Shown piece after piece: positions 15,243-22,931 of a DNA stretch of 24,367 bases. The notes beneath the pieces are model-generated. The model made no database searches. It was given only the letters and a program-made list of their open reading frames with translations, and was not told the origin of the DNA. This DNA comes from Elusimicrobia bacterium CG08_land_8_20_14_0_20_59_10. GTDB lineage: Bacteria; Elusimicrobiota; Elusimicrobia; Elusimicrobiales; UBA9959. Numbering within the stretch: position 1 is the stretch's first letter; every line of letters starts with the position of its first letter. Made by a program: the position numbers and the translations under genes. The stretch spans positions 1 to 24,367 of the forward strand of contig PEXO01000210.1 in NCBI GenBank assembly GCA_002779045.1, read 5' to 3'.

Positions 15243-17000
15243 ATGGAAAAGACAAAGATACTTATCTGCATGGGCACCAGCGGACTTTCTGCCGGGGCCG
15301 AATCCCTGGCCGCGAATTTTGAGAAGGAACTGGAACGCCATAATCTGGCCGGTAAATGCCGGGTAGTGCGTACCGGCGACAGGGGGTTGTTCCGGGATAT
15401 ACTGGTGGATATCGTCGCGCCCGGCGGCGGCAGGGTCACCTACGAATATGTAAAGCCCGAGGACGCGGTCAGGATAACCGAGGCTCACCTGCTGCGCGGA
15501 GAGCCGGTGAAGGAATTGCTGGCTGGCGAGGACTATAAACAGTTCTTCGCCGGCCAGATGCGCATAGTTCTTGCGAATTGCGGCGAGATAGACCCCGAGA
15601 ATATAGAAGATTATATAGCATGCGGCGGCTACAAGGCCCTTGCCCTGGCGCTTTCCATGACGCCGGAAAAAGTGGCGCAGGAAGTAAAAGCTTCCGGCCT
15701 CAGGGGCCGCGGCGGCGCAGGCTTCCTGACCGGGCTCAAATGGGAATTCTGCAGGGCCGCCAAAAGCGGCGTTAAATACGTTATCTGCAACGGCGACGAG
15801 GGCGACCCCGGCGCGTTCATGGACCGCAGCATACTGGAAGGCGATCCGCAGGCCGTGATAGAGGGCATGATAATAGCCGGTTATGCCATCGGCGCAGGAG
15901 AGGGCTATGTCTATTGCCGGGCCGAATACCCGCTGGCGATAAAGCGGCTGGAAAAAGCCATAGCGCAGGCCGGGAAAAAAGGATTTTTGGGTAAAAGCGT
16001 TCTTAAAAGCGGCTTCGCTTTTGATATCAGGATCAAGCAGGGCGCCGGCGCTTTCGTCTGCGGTGAGGAAACCGCTCTCATAGCGTCGATAGAAGGGCGC
16101 CGGGGCATGCCCGTGCCCAGGCCTCCCTTCCCGGCACAGCAGGGGCTGTGGGGCAAGCCGACAACCATCAACAATGTCGAGACTTTAGCCAATGTCGCTC
16201 ATATCATCACCAAGGGCGCCAAATGGTTCGCGGCGATAGGGCCCGAGGGCAGCAAGGGCACCAAGGTGTTTGCGCTGGCCGGGAAAGTGAAGAACACAGG
16301 TCTTGTGGAAGTGCCGATGGGCACCACCCTGCGCTCCCTGGTGTTCGGGCCGGGCGGCGGGATGCTGCACAAGAATATCGGTTTCAAAGGCGTGCAGATA
16401 GGCGGTCCGTCGGGCGGCTGCCTGCCCGAAAGTCTCCTGGACACCCCCATAGATTACGAGTCCATTACCCGGACCGGCGCCATTATGGGCTCCGGCGGCA
16501 TGGTGGTTATGGACCAGCTCACCTGCATGGTGGATATGGCGCGGTTCTTCCTGGATTTCACCGTGTCCGAATCCTGCGGCAAATGCGTGCCCTGCCGGGT
16601 TGGACTTAAGCGGATGCTGGAGGTGTTGGAGGAGATCTGCGCGGGCGGCGGCAGGCCCGGGCACCTGGAATTTTTGAACGAGCTGGCGCCGGCCATAAAG
16701 GACACGGCCCTTTGCGGGCTGGGCAATACGGCGCCCAATTCGGTGCTGACCACGCTGAAGTATTTCCCCGAGGAATACAAGGAGCATATAGAGGACAGGA
16801 TCTGCCGCGCCTCCGCGTGCGTGCCGCTGGTAAAATTCGAGGTGCTGGAAGCCAAGTGTATTAAATGCGGACGCTGCAAGACCGTGTGCCCTTCCGGGGC
16901 CATCACTTGGGAAAAGGGCGGATATGCCCGGATAGACAAGGTCAAATGTATAAAATGCAAGGCCTGCATAAATATCTGCCCGGTGATGGCGATAAAATAA
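15243..17000 (+). CDS. NuoF/HydB-like FMN/NADH-binding subunit with C-terminal 2x[4Fe-4S]
   Basis: LRGRGGAGF, CNGDEGDPGAFMDR, GAGAFVCGEETAL, NNVET, GGPSGG, SCGKCVPCRVG, CGLG, HIEDRICRASAC, CIKCGRCKTVCP, CIKCKACINICP. Confidence 0.94.
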   Translation: MEKTKILICMGTSGLSAGAESLAANFEKELERHNLAGKCRVVRTGDRGLFRDILVDIVAPGGGRVTYEYVKPEDAVRITEAHLLRGEPVKELLAGEDYKQFFAGQMRIVLANCGEIDPENIEDYIACGGYKALALALSMTPEKVAQEVKASGLRGRGGAGFLTGLKWEFCRAAKSGVKYVICNGDEGDPGAFMDRSILEGDPQAVIEGMIIAGYAIGAGEGYVYCRAEYPLAIKRLEKAIAQAGKKGFLGKSVLKSGFAFDIRIKQGAGAFVCGEETALIASIEGRRGMPVPRPPFPAQQGLWGKPTTINNVETLANVAHIITKGAKWFAAIGPEGSKGTKVFALAGKVKNTGLVEVPMGTTLRSLVFGPGGGMLHKNIGFKGVQIGGPSGGCLPESLLDTPIDYESITRTGAIMGSGGMVVMDQLTCMVDMARFFLDFTVSESCGKCVPCRVGLKRMLEVLEEICAGGGRPGHLEFLNELAPAIKDTALCGLGNTAPNSVLTTLKYFPEEYKEHIEDRICRASACVPLVKFEVLEAKCIKCGRCKTVCPSGAITWEKGGYARIDKVKCIKCKACINICPVMAIK

Positions 17001-19087
17001 TGGAACTGACGATAGACGGCAAAAAAGTCATTGCAAAAGAGGGGGGCACGGTGCTCGAGGCGGCTCTCGGGGCCGGTATTTACATCCCCAATCTTTGTCA
17101 TCACCCCGATCTGCCGCCCATAGGCGCCTGCCGTTTATGTATTGTGGAGATAGAGGGCATGCGGGGCGTCCCAACTTCCTGCACAACTTTGGCCAGGGAA
17201 GGAATGGTGGTGCGCACCAATAGCGAGCGGGTCCGGGAGCTCAGGAAAGATATCCTGTGGCTGACTTTAAGCGCCTACCCCGGGGAACCGGACAAGGGCT
17301 CGCAATTGCAGAAAGTGGCGGACTGGATCGGGCCCAGGGACTTGTTGCCGGGTTCCGTGTCCAAGCCGGCCGATCTTCCCCCGGTGACGGACGAGCCTTT
17401 CTTCGTCAGGGACCTGGCTAAATGTATTTTATGCGGCCGCTGCGTAACGATGTGCCGGGAGGTACGAAAAACCGGGGCGATAGGCCTGGTCAACCGCGGC
17501 ATCAGGACCTTTGTGGGCACAGGACATGGCGCGCCGCTGAAGGATTCCGGCTGCAAGTTCTGCCTGGCCTGTGTGGAAGTGTGCCCTTCCGGGGCGCTTT
17601 ACGACAGGGAAAAATTCGAAGAGAAAGACCGCGAAAAGAAACTGCTCCCCTGCGTGGATTCCTGCCCGGCCGGCATAGATATTCCGCGCTATGTAAGGCT
17701 TATCGCGGCCGGTAAATACCAGGACGCGCTGGAAGTTATCCGGGAAAAAGTGCCGTTCCCACTGGCGCTGGGCTATGCCTGCAACCATGCTTGCGAAGAA
17801 GTCTGCCGCCGGGGGCAGCTAAACGCGCCTATCTCCATAAAGAATCTGAAAAGGTTCGTGGCCGAAAGGGATTCCGGCAGGTGGCGCGCCAAGCTGGCAA
17901 AAGAGCCGCCTACGGGCAGGAAGGTGGCCGTGATCGGTTCCGGCCCGGGCGGGCTGACCGCCGCCTGGTACCTGAAGTTGGCGGGGCATGAAGTGACCGT
18001 TTTTGAAGCCCTGGAGGAACCGGGCGGCATGATGCGCTCCGCCATCCCCGCTTACCGGCTGCCCAGGCAGGTCCTGGCGCGGGAAATAGCCGAAATAACC
18101 GGGATCGGCGTGAAAATAATAACCAGTTCCGAAGTGTTGTCTATCGACGCTTTGTTCGGGCAGGGCTTTGACGCGGTCTTTGCGGCCGTGGGCGCGTCCG
18201 CCGGCATGAAAATGGGAGCGGAGGGGGAGGGCGACCCGCGCGTGCTGGACGGGCTGTCTTTCCTGCAGGCCGTGAGCTTTGGCCGGAAGACGGATGTTAC
18301 AGGTGAAGTGCTGGTAGTGGGCGGCGGCAATGTGGCCATGGACGTAGCCAGGACAGCTTTAAGGACCGGGGCTGAAAAAGTCACGGTCCTGTACCGCCGT
18401 ACCCGTGAAGAAATGCCCGCGCTGGCCGAGGAAGTGGAGGACGCCGTAAAAGAGGGAGTGAAGTTCCGGTTCCTCACCGCGCCGGAAAAGATCCTGACCG
18501 CCGGCGGAAAGCTGGACGTGGAATGCGTCCTGATGAAGCTGGGCGAGCCCGATGCCAGCGGCAGGCGGCGGCCGGTTCCCGTAGAGGGAAGCAATATCGT
18601 TATCAAGGCGGACAGGATAATAACGGCCATAGGCCAGCGGCCGGCGGTGCCGGAAGGTTTTGCCCTGGCGCTGGACAAGAAACGCTGCATACAGGCCGAC
18701 CCCGAAACCCTGGCTTGTTCAAGGCCCGGCGTTTTCGCGGGCGGGGACGCCGTCAGCGGCCCGGCTTCGATAATTGAAGCCATCCGGGCCGGGCGGAAGG
18801 CCGCCGTCTCGATAGACAAATTTCTGGGAGGCAAAGGCGTTATTGACCGGGCTTTCATCCCCGCGGAGGAGCCGCCCGCCTGTATCGGCAGGGAGGAGGA
18901 TTTCTCTTTCCTGGAAGGGACGGAGATGTCGTGCCTGCCTGCGGCCAAAAGGAAGAACAATTTCAATATCGTGGAGCTCGGTTTTAAGGAAAAAGAGGCG
19001 GCGGCCGAAGCGGCACGCTGCTTGCGCTGCGAGCTGAGATTAAATATCTCCAGGGCCTCCCTGCCTCCCGTGGATTCGGATACTTAA
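17000..19087 (+). CDS. HydA/NuoG-type N-terminal Fe-S module fused to a GltD/NfnL/SudA-like FAD-NAD(P)H oxidoreductase
   Basis: ATG overlaps the previous stop (TAATG at 16998-17002). CHHPDL...GACRLCIVE...SC [2Fe-2S]; CILCGRCVTMC and CKFCLACVEVCP; PCVDSCPAGIDIP...ACNHACEEVCRR; VIGSGPGGL; VVGGGNVAMDVAR...YRRT; GGDAVSGP; EAARCLRC. No H-cluster or molybdopterin domain; 695 aa. Confidence 0.9.
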   Translation: MELTIDGKKVIAKEGGTVLEAALGAGIYIPNLCHHPDLPPIGACRLCIVEIEGMRGVPTSCTTLAREGMVVRTNSERVRELRKDILWLTLSAYPGEPDKGSQLQKVADWIGPRDLLPGSVSKPADLPPVTDEPFFVRDLAKCILCGRCVTMCREVRKTGAIGLVNRGIRTFVGTGHGAPLKDSGCKFCLACVEVCPSGALYDREKFEEKDREKKLLPCVDSCPAGIDIPRYVRLIAAGKYQDALEVIREKVPFPLALGYACNHACEEVCRRGQLNAPISIKNLKRFVAERDSGRWRAKLAKEPPTGRKVAVIGSGPGGLTAAWYLKLAGHEVTVFEALEEPGGMMRSAIPAYRLPRQVLAREIAEITGIGVKIITSSEVLSIDALFGQGFDAVFAAVGASAGMKMGAEGEGDPRVLDGLSFLQAVSFGRKTDVTGEVLVVGGGNVAMDVARTALRTGAEKVTVLYRRTREEMPALAEEVEDAVKEGVKFRFLTAPEKILTAGGKLDVECVLMKLGEPDASGRRRPVPVEGSNIVIKADRIITAIGQRPAVPEGFALALDKKRCIQADPETLACSRPGVFAGGDAVSGPASIIEAIRAGRKAAVSIDKFLGGKGVIDRAFIPAEEPPACIGREEDFSFLEGTEMSCLPAAKRKNNFNIVELGFKEKEAAAEAARCLRCELRLNISRASLPPVDSDT

Positions 19088-19180
19088 ATTCGATAGGAAT
19101 TTTCTTTTATTTTCGCTACAGGCTTGTGTCGCTTCGCTCCACCCTGTGGTGAATCTCTGCAAGTCCGCCCAAAGGGGGTT

Positions 19181-20281
19181 ATGGATATTATTCCGCACAG
19201 TTTTTCCGATAATAAAACATTCCCCCGGCCTATTATGCGGCTGCCCTGGGTTTTCGCGCTCCTGGCGGCTTTCCTTTTTGCCCTTTCCGTGCCCTTGGGT
19301 AAGAAACTGCTGGACGGGCTGCGCCCGCTGGAACTTTCAGCGCTCTGCTACCTGGGCAGCGGTCTTGGGCTGCTCGTATGGAGGGCCCTCGTCAGCGGCA
19401 GGGGTTCCGAGGCCCCGCTTGCGAAGCGCGACCTGCCTTTTGTGGCCGGCTTCGTGCTGACCGGCGGGGTGCTGGCCCCGCTTCTTCTTTTCAGCGGGCT
19501 GCGGCTTACCGCCTCTTCTTCCGCGTCCATGCTGCTTAATTTCGAACTGCTTTTTACGTCGCTGATAGCGGTGACGGTGTTCCGGGAGCCGGGCGGGGCG
19601 CGGTTCTGGACGGCGGCGGCGCTCGTCACCGCGGGCGGTTGCGCGCTTTCCCTGGACGGCGGCGGCGCCCGCCCGGAGCTGGGCGCGCTGCTGGTGCTGG
19701 CCGCCGGCTTTATGTTGGGCGTGGATAACAACCTGACCGCGCGCGTCTCCATGAAGGACCCGGTGACGCTGGCGGCCATAAAGGGCCTGGCCGGCGGGTT
19801 GGTGAGCGGGGGCCTTGCGCTCTTCACCTACCGCTCCCTGCCGCAGTTCAACTGGGCCTGCGCCGCGCTGCTGCTGGGCTTTGCCAGCTACGGCCTCAGC
19901 CTGGTGCTTTTCATACTCGGCATGCGCGGGCTGGGTGCGTCCCGGGCAGGGGCTTTCTTCGGGGTTTATCCTTTTCTGGGCGCGGTGCTGAGCGTGTGGA
20001 TGCTGGGGGAGCCTGTTACGCCGGGCCTGCTTTGGGCGGGGGGGCTTATGCTGACGGCTTTCCTGCTGCTGACCGCCGAGAGCCACGGCCACGCGCATCG
20101 CCACAAGGCGCTGACGCATGAGCACAGTCACATCCACGCCGACGGCCACCACGGGCATACGCACGCGGACCCTCGGCCGGGGGCGCATTCCCACCCGCAT
20201 GCGCACGAGGTCCTGGAGCACGAACACGCCCACAACCCCGACGAACATCACCGCCATGCCCACGACAAAGCCGTCTTGTAG
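19181..20281 (+). CDS. DMT/EamA-family transporter with a His-rich C-terminal tail (CnrT-like)
   Basis: About 10 hydrophobic segments in two EamA halves (ASMLLNFE, DNNLT), then a ~60-aa tail with 23 His. Start uncertain: ATG 19181 has RBS AAGGGGG, ATG 19235 is the alternative. Confidence 0.88.
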   Translation: MDIIPHSFSDNKTFPRPIMRLPWVFALLAAFLFALSVPLGKKLLDGLRPLELSALCYLGSGLGLLVWRALVSGRGSEAPLAKRDLPFVAGFVLTGGVLAPLLLFSGLRLTASSSASMLLNFELLFTSLIAVTVFREPGGARFWTAAALVTAGGCALSLDGGGARPELGALLVLAAGFMLGVDNNLTARVSMKDPVTLAAIKGLAGGLVSGGLALFTYRSLPQFNWACAALLLGFASYGLSLVLFILGMRGLGASRAGAFFGVYPFLGAVLSVWMLGEPVTPGLLWAGGLMLTAFLLLTAESHGHAHRHKALTHEHSHIHADGHHGHTHADPRPGAHSHPHAHEVLEHEHAHNPDEHHRHAHDKAVL

Positions 20282-20367
20282 GCCTGTCCCGCTTTCGTCC
20301 GCCCGGCCTGAGAAGTGACTTCGGTTACAATAATATTCTATACTATAAACGCTTAGGAACCGGCGCT

Positions 20368-21954
20368 ATGAAAAAGACGACTTTTGTCTGTGCGGCTGCG
20401 TTTCTTGTTTTATCGCCCGCGGCTTTCGCAGGCGAATTTAAAGACAAGGACGGCATTATTGCCGTGGATCTCCCTTCCGGCTGGGCGCAGGGCAGCAGCG
20501 ACGATCCGCTGGTCACGCTGAAGCTGGAGAAGGGCAGATCCTTCTGCGAATTCGCCAAACAGGATTCCGAGCTTGGCGACTATTACCTTAAGGCCCGCGT
20601 AAAAGAGCATATTGAATCCCTGCGCAGCAAAGGGGCTTCCCCCAGCGATGTAAAGCCGTTGAGCCTGCACGGCGTTTCCACCGCGTATTATATTGCCTAC
20701 GCTCTTGCCGGCACCCCTGCCGGGGTGGCTTTCCTCACTTATAACGGCGCGTCCTATTCCGTTACCGGGAACGGTATGTCCGACGGGGAATTTCGCGGTA
20801 TGCTTACAACCGTGCGCAAGCCCGGGGAAAAGATCGTGCTTCCGAAGAAACCCAGGGTGGTCCGCGTAAAGAAAGTTCGCGATGAAGAGGAAGAGGAGCA
20901 GCGCGTCGACGACGCCAGGCTGGAGGCCGCCATCTCAAGCGCCGCGATAGCCGCTGCCATCCCGGAAACTCCGGCACAGCCTGAGGAGACGCCTGAAGCT
21001 CCTTCCGCCACGCAGCAGGCCGCGCACGCTTTCCTGGACGAACTGTCCAGGACGAACGCGGATTCTTCTGCTCCGCCGTATTTCGCGCGCAAACCGCTGC
21101 CGCCGGCTTTGTGGGGTGCGTTGATAGCGTTCTGGATATTCGGGTCTTTTATAGCCAGGGGCATAGCCTCCACCTATCAAAACCCCAAGCTGTCGCCTCC
21201 GTCAGGCGATATCCCGCCGGACTTCTTTTTTCCTTTCATGGTTTCGCGGTTCTCCACTTTCAGTGATGTGTCCTATAATGTCACTACGCGGCAGAAGCAG
21301 CTGCTGGCCGCGCATTATCCGTACGAGCATCAGCCGTACGTGGCGGGTTCGGTCTATGCCTGCCTGCTGTTCCATATAGGCTGGAGCGCCCTGGAGCTGG
21401 CGGGGCGCGGCCCCGTGGTAATGAATCTCCTTCTGCGCCTGCCGGGGGGGCGGATATTCGCCTCGGTACCGGAAATATTCTTTATCGTGCCGCTGCTCAT
21501 CGGGGTTATCTTCTGGTGCATTAAAAAGCCGGTCATGGAGCTTTACGACGCGCAGAGAAACCTTGTGATGCGGGCCCTCCCGGAACTGGCCTACTGCCTT
21601 ATCAGGGACGGGGGAGGTAAAGAGGTGGCGCGCCTGGTGCAGAAAGGCGGCCGCCGCTGGGATTTTGTGGATACCGATAACCTGGTGGTTTTCTCCATAC
21701 AGGACGATTTCCCGCGCGCGCGCCTGCTGCGCAAGCTGTTCGGCTGCCAGGGCGGAGCGCTGCGCACGCATTACGGGATCTTCGTGCAGGACAGGCGCGC
21801 CGGTTTCGTGTTCCTGGACCCGATGTCCGCCGACCGTTTCCAGATACATATGGATTTCGATTTTGCGCGCCTGGCCCATCCGGCGCAGATACTTATAAGC
21901 CTCCTTTATCTCATCTCCAGGGAAAAAGACCCCGTTTATCCGTCGCCGTTCTGA
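20368..21954 (+). CDS. Hypothetical multi-domain membrane protein (signal peptide, exported domain, linker, ~3 TM, C-terminal domain)
   Basis: MKKTTFVCAAAFLVLSPAAFA signal; globular N-domain; Lys-rich, acidic and Ala/Pro linker; hydrophobic segments LWGALIAFWIFGSFI, YACLLFHIGW, IFFIVPLLIGVIFWCI; 528 aa. Confidence 0.85.
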   Translation: MKKTTFVCAAAFLVLSPAAFAGEFKDKDGIIAVDLPSGWAQGSSDDPLVTLKLEKGRSFCEFAKQDSELGDYYLKARVKEHIESLRSKGASPSDVKPLSLHGVSTAYYIAYALAGTPAGVAFLTYNGASYSVTGNGMSDGEFRGMLTTVRKPGEKIVLPKKPRVVRVKKVRDEEEEEQRVDDARLEAAISSAAIAAAIPETPAQPEETPEAPSATQQAAHAFLDELSRTNADSSAPPYFARKPLPPALWGALIAFWIFGSFIARGIASTYQNPKLSPPSGDIPPDFFFPFMVSRFSTFSDVSYNVTTRQKQLLAAHYPYEHQPYVAGSVYACLLFHIGWSALELAGRGPVVMNLLLRLPGGRIFASVPEIFFIVPLLIGVIFWCIKKPVMELYDAQRNLVMRALPELAYCLIRDGGGKEVARLVQKGGRRWDFVDTDNLVVFSIQDDFPRARLLRKLFGCQGGALRTHYGIFVQDRRAGFVFLDPMSADRFQIHMDFDFARLAHPAQILISLLYLISREKDPVYPSPF

Positions 21955-21971
21955 TATGACGGGGAGGGGCA

Positions 21972-22700
21972 ATGTCCGCTGAATTCCTTTACGGCATGAA
22001 CACCGCCGGGGAGGTCCTTTCCGCGGGCCGCCGCAGGGTATTCCGGCTTTATATCTCCCGCAAAGAAAAGGATCCGCGCGTGCAGGGGCTTGTGGGGCTG
22101 GCCCGCAAGGCGGGGGTGCCTGTGGATTTCTGCGACCCGCGCACGTTGGAGAAGATGACGGGCGCCGTGAACCACCAGGGGGTGGTGGTGGAAACGGAGC
22201 CGCCGGGAAGGCTGGATCTGGAGGGGGCGCTGGCCCTGGTGAAGGATCCCAAGAGAACTATCTGGGCGGGGCTGGACGGCATTACCGATCCTATGAACCT
22301 GGGCGCGATAATACGGTCCGCTGCCTGTCTTGGCGTTTCTGTTATCGTGCTGCCGGAGCGCCGCTCCGCCGGTCTTACGCCGACGGTGCAGAAGGCTGCT
22401 TCCGGAGCGGTGGAGAAGGTGGATGTTGTTGAGGTGGTTAATCTGAACCGGACTATCTTAAGGCTTAAGGAAAAGGGTTTCTGGATTTACGGTATGGATA
22501 TGGGCGGCAAACCTCTGCCGCAGGCGGATTTCGCGCTGCCGGCTTTTGTGGTGATAGGTTCGGAGGGGGACGGGCTGCATGAAAAGACGCGGGAGCATTG
22601 TGACGAGATAGTTTCCATTCCTCAGAAGGGCGGTGTGGCAAGCCTTAATGCCTCCAATGCCGCCGCCGTGGTTTTCTACGAACTTTCTAAAAAAATATAG
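21972..22700 (+). CDS. rlmB: 23S rRNA (Gm2251) 2'-O-methyltransferase, TrmH/SpoU family
   Basis: LYGMN, NHQGVV, LDGITDPMNLGAIIRSA, KAASGAVE, VIGSEGDGL, SIPQKGGVASLNASNAAAV. Confidence 0.93.
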   Translation: MSAEFLYGMNTAGEVLSAGRRRVFRLYISRKEKDPRVQGLVGLARKAGVPVDFCDPRTLEKMTGAVNHQGVVVETEPPGRLDLEGALALVKDPKRTIWAGLDGITDPMNLGAIIRSAACLGVSVIVLPERRSAGLTPTVQKAASGAVEKVDVVEVVNLNRTILRLKEKGFWIYGMDMGGKPLPQADFALPAFVVIGSEGDGLHEKTREHCDEIVSIPQKGGVASLNASNAAAVVFYELSKKI

Positions 22701-22716
22701 CGGTTTTTTCGCGGGT

Positions 22717-22747
22717 AAAAACGCAGCGCGGGCACTCGCCCGCGCTG
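22717..22747 (-). terminator. Intrinsic terminator (may also serve rlmB in the + direction)
   Basis: CAGCGCGGGC-4 nt-GCCCGCGCTG perfect 10-bp stem (22724-22747); CGTTTTT follows on the minus strand. Confidence 0.75.
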
Positions 22748-22802
22748 TCTCCCTCCGAAAGGAAAGGAGCGGAAAGCAACCGTCGATAAGGTGTTCCGCT
22801 CC
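22717..22802 (-). ncRNA. Candidate ~86-nt small RNA
   Basis: Predicted +1 G at 22802 is the first base of a 9-bp hairpin (GGAGCGGAA/UUCCGCUCC); ends in a 10-bp terminator hairpin plus U5; no ORF; has its own near-consensus promoter. Confidence 0.55.
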
Positions 22803-22808
22803 AAAAAT

Positions 22809-22836
22809 AGTATAGCAGATTTTATTTATTTGTCAA
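22809..22836 (-). promoter_or_regulatory. Near-consensus sigma70 promoter facing left
   Basis: Minus strand TTGACA (22836-22831), 16-nt AT-rich spacer, TATACT (22814-22809). Confidence 0.7.
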
Positions 22837-22881
22837 GGGGGCATCTATTGACTTGTCAAGGGAAAATCGAAAATCAAGAAT

Positions 22882-22929
22882 CGGGGATCGTGATCGGAGC
22901 GTGAACGGGGAAAGGATTCCCGATCCCCG
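22882..22929 (-). terminator. Hairpin directly downstream of the mltA stop
   Basis: CGGGGATCG (22882-22890) / CGATCCCCG (22921-22929), 9-bp inverted repeat with a 30-nt loop, followed on the minus strand by ATTCTTGATTTTCGATTTT. Confidence 0.45.
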
Positions 22930-22931
22930 GT

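Noticed and set aside
17000-19087. Annotation as formate dehydrogenase alpha, [FeFe]-hydrogenase or canonical glutamate synthase small subunit
   Set aside because: No molybdopterin-binding or H-cluster motifs; no gltB in the window and the extra N-terminal Fe-S module does not fit plain GltD.
19090-19235. Metal-sensing riboswitch (NiCo, yybP-ykoY) or NikR box upstream of the His-tailed transporter
   Set aside because: No consensus nucleotides or properly spaced palindrome found by eye; a cmscan would be decisive.
22756-22782. Plus-strand GGAAAGCAACC resemblance to SRP RNA domain IV
   Set aside because: The CAGG...GGAA tetraloop geometry is missing, and promoter and terminator point to the minus strand.
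22848-22859. TTGAC-N2-GTCAA palindrome as an FNR/CRP-family site
   Set aside because: Spacer is 2 nt rather than 4, and neither half has a properly spaced -10.
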